A DNA stretch of 64,000 nucleotides from an uncultured Nitrospiraceae bacterium. GTDB taxonomy: Bacteria; Nitrospirota; Thermodesulfovibrionia; Thermodesulfovibrionales; Dissulfurispiraceae. The translations under genes were made by a program, and so were the position numbers. Under the pieces are notes generated by a model. That model searched no databases and had not been told where the DNA came from. It was given only the letters and a program-made list of their open reading frames with translations. The stretch spans positions 254,262-318,261 of the forward strand of contig CAVPIW010000014.1 in NCBI GenBank assembly GCA_963705105.1. The letters run 5' to 3'. Of the stretch, positions 39,181 through 51,010 are shown piece by piece; within the stretch, counting starts at the first letter, position 1, and each line of letters opens with the position of its first letter.

Positions 39181-40139
39181 TCCTCCTTCTCTTCGTTGCA
39201 GTTTTTTTCCTGTCCCCTTGCGTCGTCCGGCAGGCCGCCGCTTTTGACGGTCCCCTGTCGGTCAGGAACCAGTTCCCCCTTTTTCTGCCTGCCAACCCTC
39301 CTGTCATGGAGGCGGCAGCAGGCACACCCTCACTGTCCGTCAGCCTCTCCTACTCGAGCGTCTTCCTGCTTGGCCAGTCACCCTCATGGTCCGTGGGACT
39401 CGACATGGAGATTACGGAGCTGAAGTTCTCCTGGCGCCGTGATCTCGGCGGCTTTGCGCTGTTCGGCATTGATGTGCCTTTTCTGGTCTTCGGAAGCGGC
39501 TTTCTGGACGGATTCCTCGACTCTTACCATGACGCCTTCGGTCTTCCCGACTACGGGAGGGGACAGAGACCGGAAAACTCCTTCCTTTACGAGGTGTCGA
39601 GAGACGGCAGGATCGTTCTCAAGGGAGACAACGGGAAACCGGGGCTGGGCGACATCAGGCTGAGCCTCTTAATACCTCTCGTCACCTCCGGTCCCGTCAT
39701 CAGTCTGCGTGCCGGGGTGGAACTGCCGACTGGAAGGCCCAAGGCCGGTTACGGCAACGGGACCTTCGACCTCGATGTCTCCCTCCTCGCCGATGTGAGG
39801 GTGGGCGACATCTTTCGTCTTTACGGAAATGCAGGTGTCGTGCTGCCCGGTGATCTGAAGGGCCACGAGAGGGTGGAGCTGAGGGAGTTCCTCTTCGGGG
39901 GAGCGGCTGTCGAAGCGGCGCTGTCGAAACGATTCTCCCTTGTCGTCCAGGTCGTCGTCCAGGGGTCTCCTTTCCCGGACACAGACATTGCCGAGGTGGA
40001 CCGGACATCGGTGCTGCTCCTGATCGGCGGACGGTACCGGCAGGGGAACAACGTCTTTGAGATGTCCCTCACCGAGGACCCCAACACATCCGGCGCCCCC
40101 GACTTCACCGTTAACCTGACCTATTCATACCGCTTCTGA
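39111..40139 (+). CDS. DUF3187-like outer-membrane beta-barrel protein
   Basis: PL.VRNQ.P, D.E, G..D..L..YH..FGLP, GLGD and ELPTG motifs; C-terminal YSYRF barrel signature. Confidence 0.75.
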   Translation: MIMLAISKALRHFVPPFHAKGRLILLLFVAVFFLSPCVVRQAAAFDGPLSVRNQFPLFLPANPPVMEAAAGTPSLSVSLSYSSVFLLGQSPSWSVGLDMEITELKFSWRRDLGGFALFGIDVPFLVFGSGFLDGFLDSYHDAFGLPDYGRGQRPENSFLYEVSRDGRIVLKGDNGKPGLGDIRLSLLIPLVTSGPVISLRAGVELPTGRPKAGYGNGTFDLDVSLLADVRVGDIFRLYGNAGVVLPGDLKGHERVELREFLFGGAAVEAALSKRFSLVVQVVVQGSPFPDTDIAEVDRTSVLLLIGGRYRQGNNVFEMSLTEDPNTSGAPDFTVNLTYSYRF

Positions 40140-40515
40140 TCGGCGGCCGCAGGAAAACCTCATCATTGCATAGACACTCGGAGGGCGGGGCTCTTCACCC
40201 TGCCTTGTCACTCAACTGCAAGGTAATAGTCGGAATCAATGTATACGGAATCTGCCAACATACCTGTCAGCCACTTCTTGCTACAACCCGCAGCGGCCGT
40301 TTTCGTCGGCTGATTCCCTCATCCCTCAGGAGAACATAACGGATGCCCGGAAAACACCGTACTCGCGCAGACGGCTCAAGAAGCCCGTTCCGTCTCCGAT
40401 AACCAATGAGGACTCTCACCATGCAGAGATGCTCAGAGCGACTTCATGCCGCAGCCGAAAGCCGCTATCTCAGGCAAGCATGTCTTCTTGCCGCGCACAC
40501 CCAAACACGATTATT

Positions 40516-42603
40516 CCTATGCAGCCCTTGAGTTCATATCGTCAGGAGGCACACCGGTCAAAGGGATCGCCTCCGGAGGGAAGATAACGGCCATACGGAT
40601 GGAGCATGTGTGGGTCGAGGCTTTTATCGACTACATCCCCTCGCGGGGAGCACGGCACAAGACAGGACAGGGAGACACCTGGATCAGGCTCGACGCCAGC
40701 TACAAACAGTATGCCTACAGTCAACCTATGGACATCAAGTCTGCCGTCTCCTTCGATTCTCAGGCGTTCATCGATCAGATACGGTCCACGGCGACGATCA
40801 ACGAGACGGAAGGATACGTGACGAACCTGAACGCCCTCTTCATTCAGCAGACCATGGACGATTACAGGACGAGGGTCGACAACTATCTCGCGCAGAACCA
40901 TCCGAACGCCACGGTGGGCGATGTCCTGGGCAAGAAGGAGATCGTGAAACAGGAGTTCCCCTATCTCCTGGGGACACTTCCCTACCGGGATATCGTCGCC
41001 GGGCTCAAAGTCCCCGAGATACCGGACACCCTGAGGCATAAGATAACCTTCAAAGTCTTCAAAGACCTCTACGACAGTGACTTTGGCACACCCATCAACG
41101 TCACGAAGAGTCTCCCCGACATTGCCGGCAAGAAGATCACCCTCAGTTATGCACCCGCAACCGTACAGGACGAAGCGGTGATCGACTCATTCCTGCCCAA
41201 ACCACATGCAGATGGGACGCCGATCCAGATAAGCGAATTGCCCTCGTCACTCCCTGCGTATCTGATCACTGTGAAACCTGAGCTAAAGATGGATGGAATG
41301 ACGATCGCCACAGGAACTCCAGTCAGCTTGGGATCACGGGAAACCTTTGTATTGACTTTCAGCGGCCCCAACACCCAGCCCGATGTCATGACGAACGATA
41401 TCGAAGCCGGACAGTACTCTGCTATAGCTGTAGCGCCTGGTAAGATCGCCGGTGAGCACATGCTTGCCTTGAAGTCCAAGCTGGATAGCACAATAACAAA
41501 GATACAGGCTCAAAATACATCATCTTTGAATCGGGACGATCTCATCGGAGATATGCTCTTTGCAGCGGCACTGACGTACTTTGCAGAGTTGGATCTCATG
41601 CAGACACTTCAGTCTCGGGTATCTCGCGTCGCATGGAACTGGCTTCCCTCTGAATCGATATTCTCGTTCACCATTCAGTCAACTACTCTTTTCGGCGTCC
41701 CGCTGAGCGTGAGCACCAAGGGTCTGACAATGGACGTGGACAGATGTATGGGTATTGCCAAAGCGACTGATGCCGATCGCGGCAGGGAAGTTCAATTCAT
41801 GCTGCAGTTCGGTATGAATGGCTCGGCACTGGAACATGCAGTCCCGGAACAGTTGTTCTCGCCTCCTGGATATACGGCACAGGCAATATCGGCCGTCAAA
41901 GCACTACAAATAGCAAGTGAGCAAGGAATTCCGATTTATAAGATCGACAGTGCGAATATCAGCAATATCATGCCGAAGCTGCAGGTGGCTGAAAACGTCA
42001 GAGAGGACATCGTAAATGCGGTGAATGCCGGGAAGGTCGTGACCATTGCAAAAACGAATATTGTGTTCAATGGCTGGTCAGGCAGTGGATATATGATTCA
42101 TAACCCTATGACTGGGGCCGGCTCATACATGATCAGCAGCGGACATGATGGAAGCCGATCAGGACGGGCTGCAAAGCAGCCTATGGGGCGTGTTTGATAG
42201 TATTTGTTTCCTGGTAGACGCTAAAACTACAGTGTTGGAAGGGGTGGCAAACCCGATCGGGAGTCTCAAGGATTCATTCAGAACCGTTTCTATTGGCCTC
42301 TCATTAATATTTGGTATCTTGAACTTTGCCAATGACATCTACAGTATGTATAAAGCAACTGATGGTAACCAAAAGAAGACTGCTCTCGCCGCGGCTATAT
42401 CATTCGTGATGCTTGCTGCCACAATAGGAGTTTCTTTAGTAATGCCTGGTGCTGTTGGGATTTTAGCAATTATTGTTAATGTTGGCTACGTCGCATGTAT
42501 GGCCGTCACGCTCAACCTCATAAAGGCCATTCTATTTGACCTCATTATAATGGCCATACGGACTTTCAGAAGGTTATTTTATATGGAGATAGCGAGTTTA
42601 TGA
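40516..42603 (+). pseudogene. 5'-truncated transglutaminase-fold protein with a hydrophobic variable C-terminal tip (frameshift at ~42150)
   Basis: 40516-41152 is ~99% identical to 46471-47107; HVWVEA and WIRLDASYK motifs; conserved region ends at TGAGSYMISSG; the tip continues in ORF 42145-42603. Confidence 0.8.
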
Positions 42604-44960
42604 AAAAATGCTTCAGATATTCCAAGTTGCGAGCATTGTTCATGCATGGCGTATTCTTTTCGATTCCAATCGCGGGGATGTTGATTTATCTTCCTCTGTA
42701 TTTCAATGCTCCCCAAGGAGACACACTTACTCTGCTTCTGTTCCTCGCCTACTGTGCTCTTTTTTTTAGTGTGCCATTTGCATTGATGGTCAACAAACTC
42801 TCCGTTAGAATATGGGTCGACGACACAAGATTAATCTACAGATCTTTGTTTAAAAAACTTGATATGCAGTGGAGGGACATCAAGAGCGTCTGTCGTAAGT
42901 GTCTGATTGACTTCGGCACGGCGAAAGGAAGAGAGCATTTAGAGATACGGACTACCAATAATAAGACAATTAAGGTCGTTGATTATATTATGAATTGCGA
43001 AACTATGGATTCATGGGAAGGATTGGAGGAATTTGAGGCTACGGTCAGGAAGCACACGCTGGCCAATCGTCCGGCGCTCATGGTCACAGACTCCGTCAGT
43101 ACCAACGTAACACTTTCTCCCGTCTCAGTCAGCGATGAACACGGCGATGAAGAGACAACGACAGAGAACAGGCGTCAGAACGTCATTTTTCAGATGATTC
43201 TTCTCCCGCTCATCTGTTTGGTCCTGGTTCACTATTTGACGAAAGATATTCAAAAAACAGCGGAACTCGTGGGATATGCGACATTGATCTTTCTGCCGGT
43301 CATGTTGGTCATCAGGAAAATGCTCATTCTGGAATCTCAAGGCAAATTGACAAGAAATGCGTATATTCTCACGACCGTAATCGGAAGTATTTTTCTTGCT
43401 CTCATCTACTCACTCCTTGGTAAGAAGGATTATGCCAGGGTATCAGTACTTTTCATTCTCACAGTCGAGGTCATGTCAATAGGTGTGTAAAAAGCCATTA
43501 GGCGGCGATCCTTTCGACAGACTCTTCCTGCTCGACGGCAATGCCGTCTGTGAAGTGTTTCCCCTCGTAGACATCCCTCAGTAACCAATATCCCTTCAGT
43601 CTGCGGAATCTCTTTTCAGCGACACCCAGTAACTTCCAAATCATCGCCGTCGCGTTTTGGACTTTTTTATATCGCTTCGCCGCATCCGTCCTCAGCCTAA
43701 CCGCACTGAACGGTGACTCCACCACATTGGTCGTCCTGATATGGACCCAGTGCTCTTTCGGCAATGAATAGAACGTCACCATTCGCTCCCAATCTCTCCT
43801 CAGGGTCTCCGTCGCCTTCGGGAAATCCCTCTCATACCGGCGGAGAAAGCTGTCCCTGAGCCTCTCACACTCTGCCTGCGTCTCTGCATAGGGGATCTTG
43901 GTGAGATACTCGCCTGCCTCGGCACGTATCCTCTTGGGCATCGCATCCAGCACGTTGGTTATCTTATGGTTCCAACACCTCTGCTCCTTGCCCTCGGGAT
44001 GAAGCTCTCCCAACGCTGACCATATCCCCAAATGACCATCGGCAACCGTCAATGTGCCCAGCTTCAGTCCCCGAGCGGTCAGATCCCTCAGGACCCCTGC
44101 CCAGGATTCCTTGCTCTCCCGATACCCGCTCTCGCAGGCCAGCAGGATCTTTTCCCCCGTAACCAACGCCCCGATGATCACCAGCAATGCTGCTTTGTCT
44201 TTCTCCAACCCGGCCTTCACGTATATCCCGTCCGCCCACTGATAGACGACCTCAAGCCCGGAAAGATCCCGAGCCTTCCACTCGTCGTATTCGCACTGCC
44301 ATTTGCCCTTCAGCCGCTGGATCGACGAGGACGACAGCGCGCCCCTTCTCCCAATAACCCCCGGAGCGCTAAATCAAAATCCCCCTGCGCCAGTCCGTGG
44401 AGATACAGTTCCGGCAGGACTGCCCCACTTCTTTGGACCGACGTATGAATAACGGCAGCACCTTGCTCTGAAATCGCTCCTCCGCTCCCCGCACACGGGG
44501 CCGTCGGACCGTGATCGTCCCGTTCATCAGCGTGAACTTCTTCCGCTTCCCGTGTCCGTTCCAATACCCCCGCTTGCCATCCACCTTCTTGATCCTCTCG
44601 GATTTCTTCCTCCCCAAAAATATCTCGACTTCTTCTTCCAGTATGTCCTGAATGTACTCCTGTACTTTCAGCCGAACTATGCTTTCCAATGCCTCGTATG
44701 TCGCCCTTGACGGCTCAACTGCCTCGGTGATACTCTTGTCCATGGTGGTGTCTCCTTTCTCTGTGTTGATCCCAAGTCACCTGATTAAGGATACACCGCC
44801 TTCTTACTCATTTACACACTTTTTGATCTTACCTCTCACAGTCGAAGTCATTATGTACTTGTCCTATATCTACCTGAAAAGGGGTACACTGCATTTCCCG
44901 TCTCTTGAACAACCGTCCGATGAGAATGCAAGTGGCCCACCGAGAAAAGGCTCTGTATAA
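42600..44960 (+). pseudogene. Membrane protein (putative immunity partner) interrupted by IS256
   Basis: ATGA overlap with the upstream tip; several TM segments plus a PH-like segment; removing the IS and one TSD copy restores a 327-aa frame (..ILTV-EVIMYLSY..). Confidence 0.7.
43467..44835 (-). mobile_element. IS256-family element (1369 bp) with a frameshifted transposase
   Basis: TIRs GAGGTCATGTCAATAGGTGTGTAAA / TTTACACACTTTTTGATCTTACCTC; 8-bp TSD TCACAGTC (43459-43466 and 44836-44843); transposase pieces 44369-44743, 44310-44564 and 43498-44220 with ADGH, QRCWNHK and RTTNVVES motifs. Confidence 0.92.
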
Positions 44961-45104
44961 CAAGGTGTGAGGAGCCACCTGTTGTCGAAAACAGAGGTTA
45001 TAAACCGATAGGCTCAACAACGAGTAGCCTTCTAACCTCTAGAGAACTCTGAGCAAATGGCTTCATAATCTTTGAACTACTTATCCAGCACTAACGGAGG
45101 AACG

Positions 45105-45428
45105 ATGAGGCAATCACCGACGATAGTCCGTTCGATAACGGTCCTAATCTATTTGATCGCGACGTGTTCGTTTGCATATTCCGCCACTCCGACCTGTTGT
45201 CAACGGCTTTCAATACCTTTCCTCGGCGCAGAACACCGACGGCTCCTGGGTATCGGGCGCCTCATCCACCACGGACGTCTCGACGACCGTCACGGTGCTG
45301 GAGACCCTGCAGACCTTGAATCAAACGGACTCTTCCTCTTACACAAGCGCCCGCTCATGGCTACAGTCACAAAGGGCTGTATACGACCACTTATCTCTCC
45401 GAGCGCATCCACACCCTCACCGTTACAG
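45105..45428 (+). pseudogene. Frameshifted 5' remnant of a secreted prenyltransferase/squalene-oxidase-repeat protein (copy 1)
   Basis: Signal MRQSPT..CSFAYSATP then G.QYL.SAQNTDGSW across frames; paralogous to 49746-50190. Confidence 0.7.
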
Positions 45429-45437
45429 GAACGCCCG

Positions 45438-48400
45438 ATGATTTCACGCTGTCACAGAGTTCTGAGACCGATCGCAATCGTCGTCCTGTCTTTCTTCCTC
45501 TGGACCTTCGGCGGAGGCTTCGAAATAGCCCATGCGATGAACGTCCAAAGCCGGCCGACCGCAAAGACTTCGACCAACCAGAAGCCCGATGCGACGTTTC
45601 AGCAAACCCTGGACGACATCGACCGGGTCCTCAACGAGACCGGCACAGACGCAAACACCAAGAGGAATGCCGTCAAGGCCAAAAGAGCGGACATCGACGC
45701 TTTGGATACCGGAATCAGGAAGTCATTCTCCGATACCGACAAAATGCTCAGGGATGCGGGACTCCCCGCCGAGATCCTGGACCGCCATAACCGCTTCGTC
45801 AAGCACTACGACGACAACCTCCGAGAGTTGAGGAAGAACCTGGACGCCCTGGACAAGGCAAAGACGAAAGGTGACATCGACACCGCAATCGACAAGACGA
45901 AGAAACACATCGACCAGGTGAAGCCTCCCAAGAAACGCTCCCACCTCGACCCCGACAAACTGCCCCATAGAACAGCCGAACCGGTCAACAAGGAGCCACG
46001 GACAAAGCCCGACGAGTTCCTCAAGGACGACCCCCGGTCCCATATCGCCCGGCTCAAGTCCAAACGCGTCCTGATCGCCTCAAACGGACCTCTGACCCCC
46101 CTGTTTGATGGACCGAAACGCCAGCAGCCCCTTTCGATCGCCCAGACGACCAGTCAGCCCACCGCAGCGGACCTGGCCGAGACAGTGGAAGTCCGCCTCA
46201 CCCCGGAGATCAGGGCGAAGGCGGCGGAACTCGGTCACGACCCTCTCAGGATATACAACTGGGTGAGAAACACCATAGAGTTCGTCCCCACCTACGGCTC
46301 CATCCAGGGAGCGGCCCTGTGTCTGCAGACAAAGCAGTGCAACGACATGGACACGGCCTCACTGCTCATCGCCCTGTTCAGGGCCTCTCAGATCCCGGCA
46401 CGGTATGTCGTCGGCACCATCGAGCTGCCTGTGGAGAAAGCGATGAACTGGGCGGGAGGCTTTACGAACCCCTATGCAGCCCTTGAGTTCATATCGTCAG
46501 GAGGCACACCGGTCAAAGGGATCGCCTCCGGAGGGAAGATAACGGCCATACGGATGGAGCACGTGTGGGTCGAGGCTTTTATCGACTACATCCCCTCGCG
46601 GGGAGCACGGCACAAGACAGGACAGGGAGACACCTGGATCAGGCTCGACGCCAGCTACAAACAGTATGCCTACAGTCAACCTATGGACATCAAGTCTGCC
46701 GTCTCCTTCGATTCTCAGGCGTTCATCGATCAGATACGGTCCACGGCGACGATCAACGAGACGGAAGGATACGTGACGAACCTGAACTCCCTCTTCATTC
46801 AGCAGACCATGGACGATTACAGGACGAGGGTCGACAGCTATCTCGCGCAGAATCATCCGAACGCCACGGTGGGCGACGTCCTGGGCAAGAAGGAGATCGT
46901 GAAGCAGGAGTTCCCCTATCTCCTGGGGACACTTCCCTACCGGGATATCGTCGCCGGGCTCAAAGTCCCCGAGATACCGGACACCCTGAGGCATAAGATA
47001 ACCTTCAAAGTCTTCAAAGACCTCTACGACAGTGACTTTGGCACACCCATCAACGTCACGAAGAGTCTCCCCGACATTGCCGGCAAGAAGATCACCCTCA
47101 GTTATGCGCCCGCAACAGCACAGGACGAAGCGGTGATCAACTCGTTCCTGCCGAAACCACATACGGATGGAACCCCGATTCAGCCCAATGAGCTGCCAAG
47201 TTCCTTACCGGCATATCTTGTCAGTCTGAAGCCGGAACTGAGGATAGACGGCGTGACCATTGCGAGCGGCTCATCTCTGGGGATGGGAGTGAAAGAGAAG
47301 TTCACCATGACTTTCACCGCGCCGAACCAAAATGTTGATGTGGTGACGAATGATGTCCACGCCGGGCAGTATTTCGGTATCGCCTTGATTTGGGAATGAT
47401 ATCTCAAGAACAGATCAGTGCTCTGAAGGCGAAGCTGGAATCGACAAAGGCGAAACTACAGGCCCAAGACTTCAGCGGACTCACGAAGGATGACATTCTT
47501 GGCGACCTGCTTTGTACTGCTGCCCTTCTTTATTTCGTTGAGCTGGACACTCTCCATAGCGTTCAATCATCACTGAGAAAGATTGTGAGCAGCAGGTTAC
47601 CCTCGGAGGCATTATTTTCCCTGGAACTTGGCCTCAGCTATATCTTTGGGCTGCCGCGATCCGTTAGCGCAGGCGGTCTTGCCATGGATGTCGATAGAAA
47701 CGTCCATGCAAGCAAATCGACTGATGGAAATAGAGGCACGACCCTGTGGTTTCACCTCGCTGACGGTCTGATCGGGTCAGCGCTGGAAAACCTGGTGCCT
47801 GAACAACTATTTTCGACTCCTGACATGCCGATACAGGGCATTTCAGCGGCGAAGGCACTACAAATCGCCGATGAGCAAGCAATCCCAATCTTTGCTGTCA
47901 ATAGCGCAAACATAAATACGGTTTTACCACAATTACAGATAGATGCTGATGTGAAGGTAGACATTCAGAATGCGGTTCAAGCAGGTAAGATTGTTATAGT
48001 CCCTCAAACGAGAGTCGCTGTTGCCGGATGGACAGGGTCTGGATATGTCGTAATCGATCCCGCAACAGGCGCGTCGGCCTATATGATAAGCGGCGGATTG
48101 AGCGGGGGATGGGCTGAAGTCGGAGAATTGCTCGGTCGCACTTTGATAATTGCCGCATGTGTCGTGGCGATAACCGTCATAGTCGCGTCAGTCATTGCGA
48201 ATCCTTCAATGATCTCAGTTATTGCTGACTTTGCAATAATAATTGGTAGAGCATTGGCCCAAATTTATGTCAAATTCCATATCAAATTAGATGAATATAT
48301 GTTTCTCACCTCTGCAATTGAAGCCTGCATTTCTTTTTATGGTATGGGTGGGAGCGCACCAATACCAACAACTCCCTTTGAATTGTTGATATTTTCATAC

Positions 48401-48517
48401 ATCTTTCGTGTTACATTTTTCGGCAAGCTCCTGAAATATTTCGCATTTTTGCAGACTTTGCTTGATGATTACAACTTAATAGTTCTCAGCCGTATCAAAA
48501 GGCAGGTAGTCATTTGA
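45438..48517 (+). pseudogene. Secreted transglutaminase-fold protein (~1025 aa) with a hydrophobic variable C-terminal tip; single frameshift at ~47390
   Basis: Signal-like N-terminus; IYNWVRN.IEF.PTYGS.QG, CNDMDTASLLIAL.RAS.IPARYV.G, HVWVEA and W.RLD motifs; continues in ORF 47390-48517 through DPATGASAYMISGGLSGG. Confidence 0.8.
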
Positions 48518-49524
48518 GTCAATCATTCAAGGATATTGCGACAAAACATTATAAGGCAATTCTTTTTCTGTCTACCAGTGCGACACAGGTGCTCATTTAT
48601 ATCATTGGCGTTGGTCGATACAGATGCGTACTTGTTTTCGCCATTTTTTTCTTCCTCAGGGCATTATTGGTCAATACGAAGATCGGCAGTGACTTATTGA
48701 AATTTCTGTTATTCCCCTTTCTACTGCTATCACTGTATTTAGACATTCAGCATGGCCAAATTAACCCCGTTTTCCCCCGTCTGCATTTTATGACATCTCT
48801 GTTGGCATTAATTGTTTCTGAACGAATAATAGTCGGGGGCGTTAAGAGCGCTCTTCGTGATCTCTCAGGCAATAAGCTTTTCACCAGTTGCCCCCGTTGT
48901 CATCATTCGAACAAGGGAATTGTAGAACAATGCACGAATTGTTCCCACAGATTCGGTCAGCAGACAGAGCAGAATGTTGACAGCGACCATTTGGACAACC
49001 TGCACCGAGATGTATCTCGAGATGTATCTACGGAAATCGCACGAAATAAGTCTGCCGGATTATTCAGAACAGTTCACAGCCGTCTGCTCAATATGCTGGA
49101 TTTAAGTATAGATGAAAGCATTTTAATGAATATGAACGCATTTGCATTTATATGGTTCTCTAAGGATGGCGTAACCAAATATGGTCTGAATTTACTCTTG
49201 ACTAATAAGAGGATGATCTTCATCGATTATTCCCTGTTTGGAGGTAGTGGCTGGCATCTGAGAGAAAATATATTTTACGACGACATCATCAGTCTTTCAG
49301 CAGCAAAGCATGTATTAGGTATAAACGAGAAGCCAACTCTTTTCATAACCACAACCCAACACAGCTACGAAATTGGTTTCTTCCATATACTGCCCGATAG
49401 TGAAATAGTACAGATTAACAAAGTCTTAGCAATCATTGATTGTATTAAGAAAAGAAACCCGCATATTGAGACACAGGTGACCTTTCAAAATAAATTGAAA
49501 GACATGTTTTTCATGTGGCGGTAG
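48514..49524 (+). CDS. Membrane protein with a zinc ribbon (putative immunity partner)
   Basis: TTGA overlap with the upstream gene; N-terminal TM segments, CPRC..CTNC and a PH-like LLLTNKRMIF segment; AT-rich. Confidence 0.65.
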   Translation: MSQSFKDIATKHYKAILFLSTSATQVLIYIIGVGRYRCVLVFAIFFFLRALLVNTKIGSDLLKFLLFPFLLLSLYLDIQHGQINPVFPRLHFMTSLLALIVSERIIVGGVKSALRDLSGNKLFTSCPRCHHSNKGIVEQCTNCSHRFGQQTEQNVDSDHLDNLHRDVSRDVSTEIARNKSAGLFRTVHSRLLNMLDLSIDESILMNMNAFAFIWFSKDGVTKYGLNLLLTNKRMIFIDYSLFGGSGWHLRENIFYDDIISLSAAKHVLGINEKPTLFITTTQHSYEIGFFHILPDSEIVQINKVLAIIDCIKKRNPHIETQVTFQNKLKDMFFMWR

Positions 49525-49745
49525 CGATGATGATAACCGCCTCTAATGGAACAGGCATTGAGATCAAAATTCTTTGCTTATCGAGCTCGGAGTCGACTGC
49601 AATGGAAAACACAAGGATACCAAGAGACGCAGGTCTGCCGTGCAGATAGCTATATCCTTGAGAATTTCTGAGCGAATAACTTCATGGTTGTTCTTATAGA
49701 CAGTGTTTTAATGAAACAGCAGCACCCATCACTAACGGAGGAACG

Positions 49746-50213
49746 ATGAGGCAATCACCGACAACAGTCCGCTTGATAACGGTCCTGATTTACTTGATCG
49801 CGACGTGTTCGTTTGCGTATTCCGCCACGCCGGCGATTGAAAACGGCCTTCAATACCTTTCCTCGGCGCAGAACACCGACGGGTCATGGGCATCAGGCGC
49901 CTCGCCCACCACGGACGTCTCGACGACCGTCTCCGTGCTGGAGACTCTGCAGACCTTGAATCAATCCTCTTCTCCCTCTTACACAAGTGCCCGCTCATGG
50001 CTGCAGTCACAGGGACTGTATACCACCGCCTATCTCTCCGAGCGTATCCACGCCCTTACTGTCGCAGGAACCGACGGGGACCTCCTCCTGTCCTACATTG
50101 ACGAGATGGCTCACGCATGGGGAGGGTACGACGATTTCAGGGTCAACAGCCTCGACACGGCCCTCGCCCTCCAGGCCCTGAGGGCCGAATCGGAGCGGGA
50201 CGTGCCCGGTTGA
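49746..50213 (+). pseudogene. Truncated secreted prenyltransferase/squalene-oxidase-repeat protein (copy 2)
   Basis: GGAGG SD; signal peptide; GLQYLSSAQNTDGSW and LDTALALQAL repeats, then an abrupt end. Confidence 0.65.
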
Positions 50214-50484
50214 AGATGTAGTCTTCATTTCAATCCGTCGCCGTCAAGGCCGGACTTGTGCTGAGGTCGCCGCGCGCGGCTTCCTTGCCACAGCCTTGGT
50301 ATTTCTCTTTTTGCTTCCCCCACATACTTCCTGCCGCGCCTCGTGTTGTCCATCCTTGAGCTCCTTCCATAGAGACAGGGAATACTTCAGGAAGGTTCTC
50401 TACGAAGAAGTATCCCGCCTGCCCTCGATTGTTTTGGTGAGCGGGACAACTGTCAATCGACGGCGGTCCTCATCCCCTGCCTTA

Positions 50485-50528
50485 TTGACAGTTAGGTCAA
50501 ATGAGGAATAAAATAAGGTCATATGACC
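50485..50528 (+). promoter_or_regulatory. Promoter/operator of the Xre-RES TA operon
   Basis: TTGACA, 18-bp spacer, TAAAAT; perfect palindrome GGTCATATGACC at 50517-50528 and a related GGTCAAATGAGG in the spacer. Confidence 0.7.
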
Positions 50529-50548
50529 ATACAGAAAGGAGACGTCAG

Positions 50549-51010
50549 ATGGATGCCGCAGCCCTCAGCGATGATGCGATTATCAGGAAAGTATTGACCG
50601 TTTTCAGCCGGAAGAAGGTTGCCAATTTGCCGGGTGGAGGAAAAAAGCAGATTGCAACTGCCATAAAGGCGGGCCTTTCTTTCAAGGAAGGCATTAATGT
50701 GAAGCAACGGCTCGGTCTGTCCGATAAGGAGATTGCGGAGACAATAGGAACGAGCGAGAAGACTCTTCAGAGGAGGAAACAGAAGGGCGAGCATTTCACG
50801 ATGGTCGAGAGCGACCGTCTCTTCCGCTTGGCCCGCATCTTTGCCCTGACAAGCGAGGTGCTGAAGAGCGAAGATCTTGCAAGGAAATGGCTCCACAGGC
50901 CCCAGTTTGGTCTCGGAGGGGAAGTCCCGATAGAGGTGATGAAGACCGAGGCGGGAGCCAAGGATGTTGAGGAGCTTCTGTATCGCATTGCGTACGGCGA
51001 TCTGGCATGA
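50549..51010 (+). CDS. Xre/MbcA/ParS-type antitoxin
   Basis: HTH, ESDRL.RLARI, A..WL..P..GLGG..P and G...VE..L..I.YG motifs. Confidence 0.93.
   Translation: MDAAALSDDAIIRKVLTVFSRKKVANLPGGGKKQIATAIKAGLSFKEGINVKQRLGLSDKEIAETIGTSEKTLQRRKQKGEHFTMVESDRLFRLARIFALTSEVLKSEDLARKWLHRPQFGLGGEVPIEVMKTEAGAKDVEELLYRIAYGDLA

Noticed and set aside
45072..45437. N-terminal 122 aa of the 775-aa ORF
   Set aside because: A chance in-frame run through a frameshifted stub of another gene; the transglutaminase gene most plausibly starts at ATG 45438.
40516..47107. DGR template/variable repeat pair
   Set aside because: The repeat is 637 bp with about 6 differences that are not adenine-specific, and the RT is not DGR-like.
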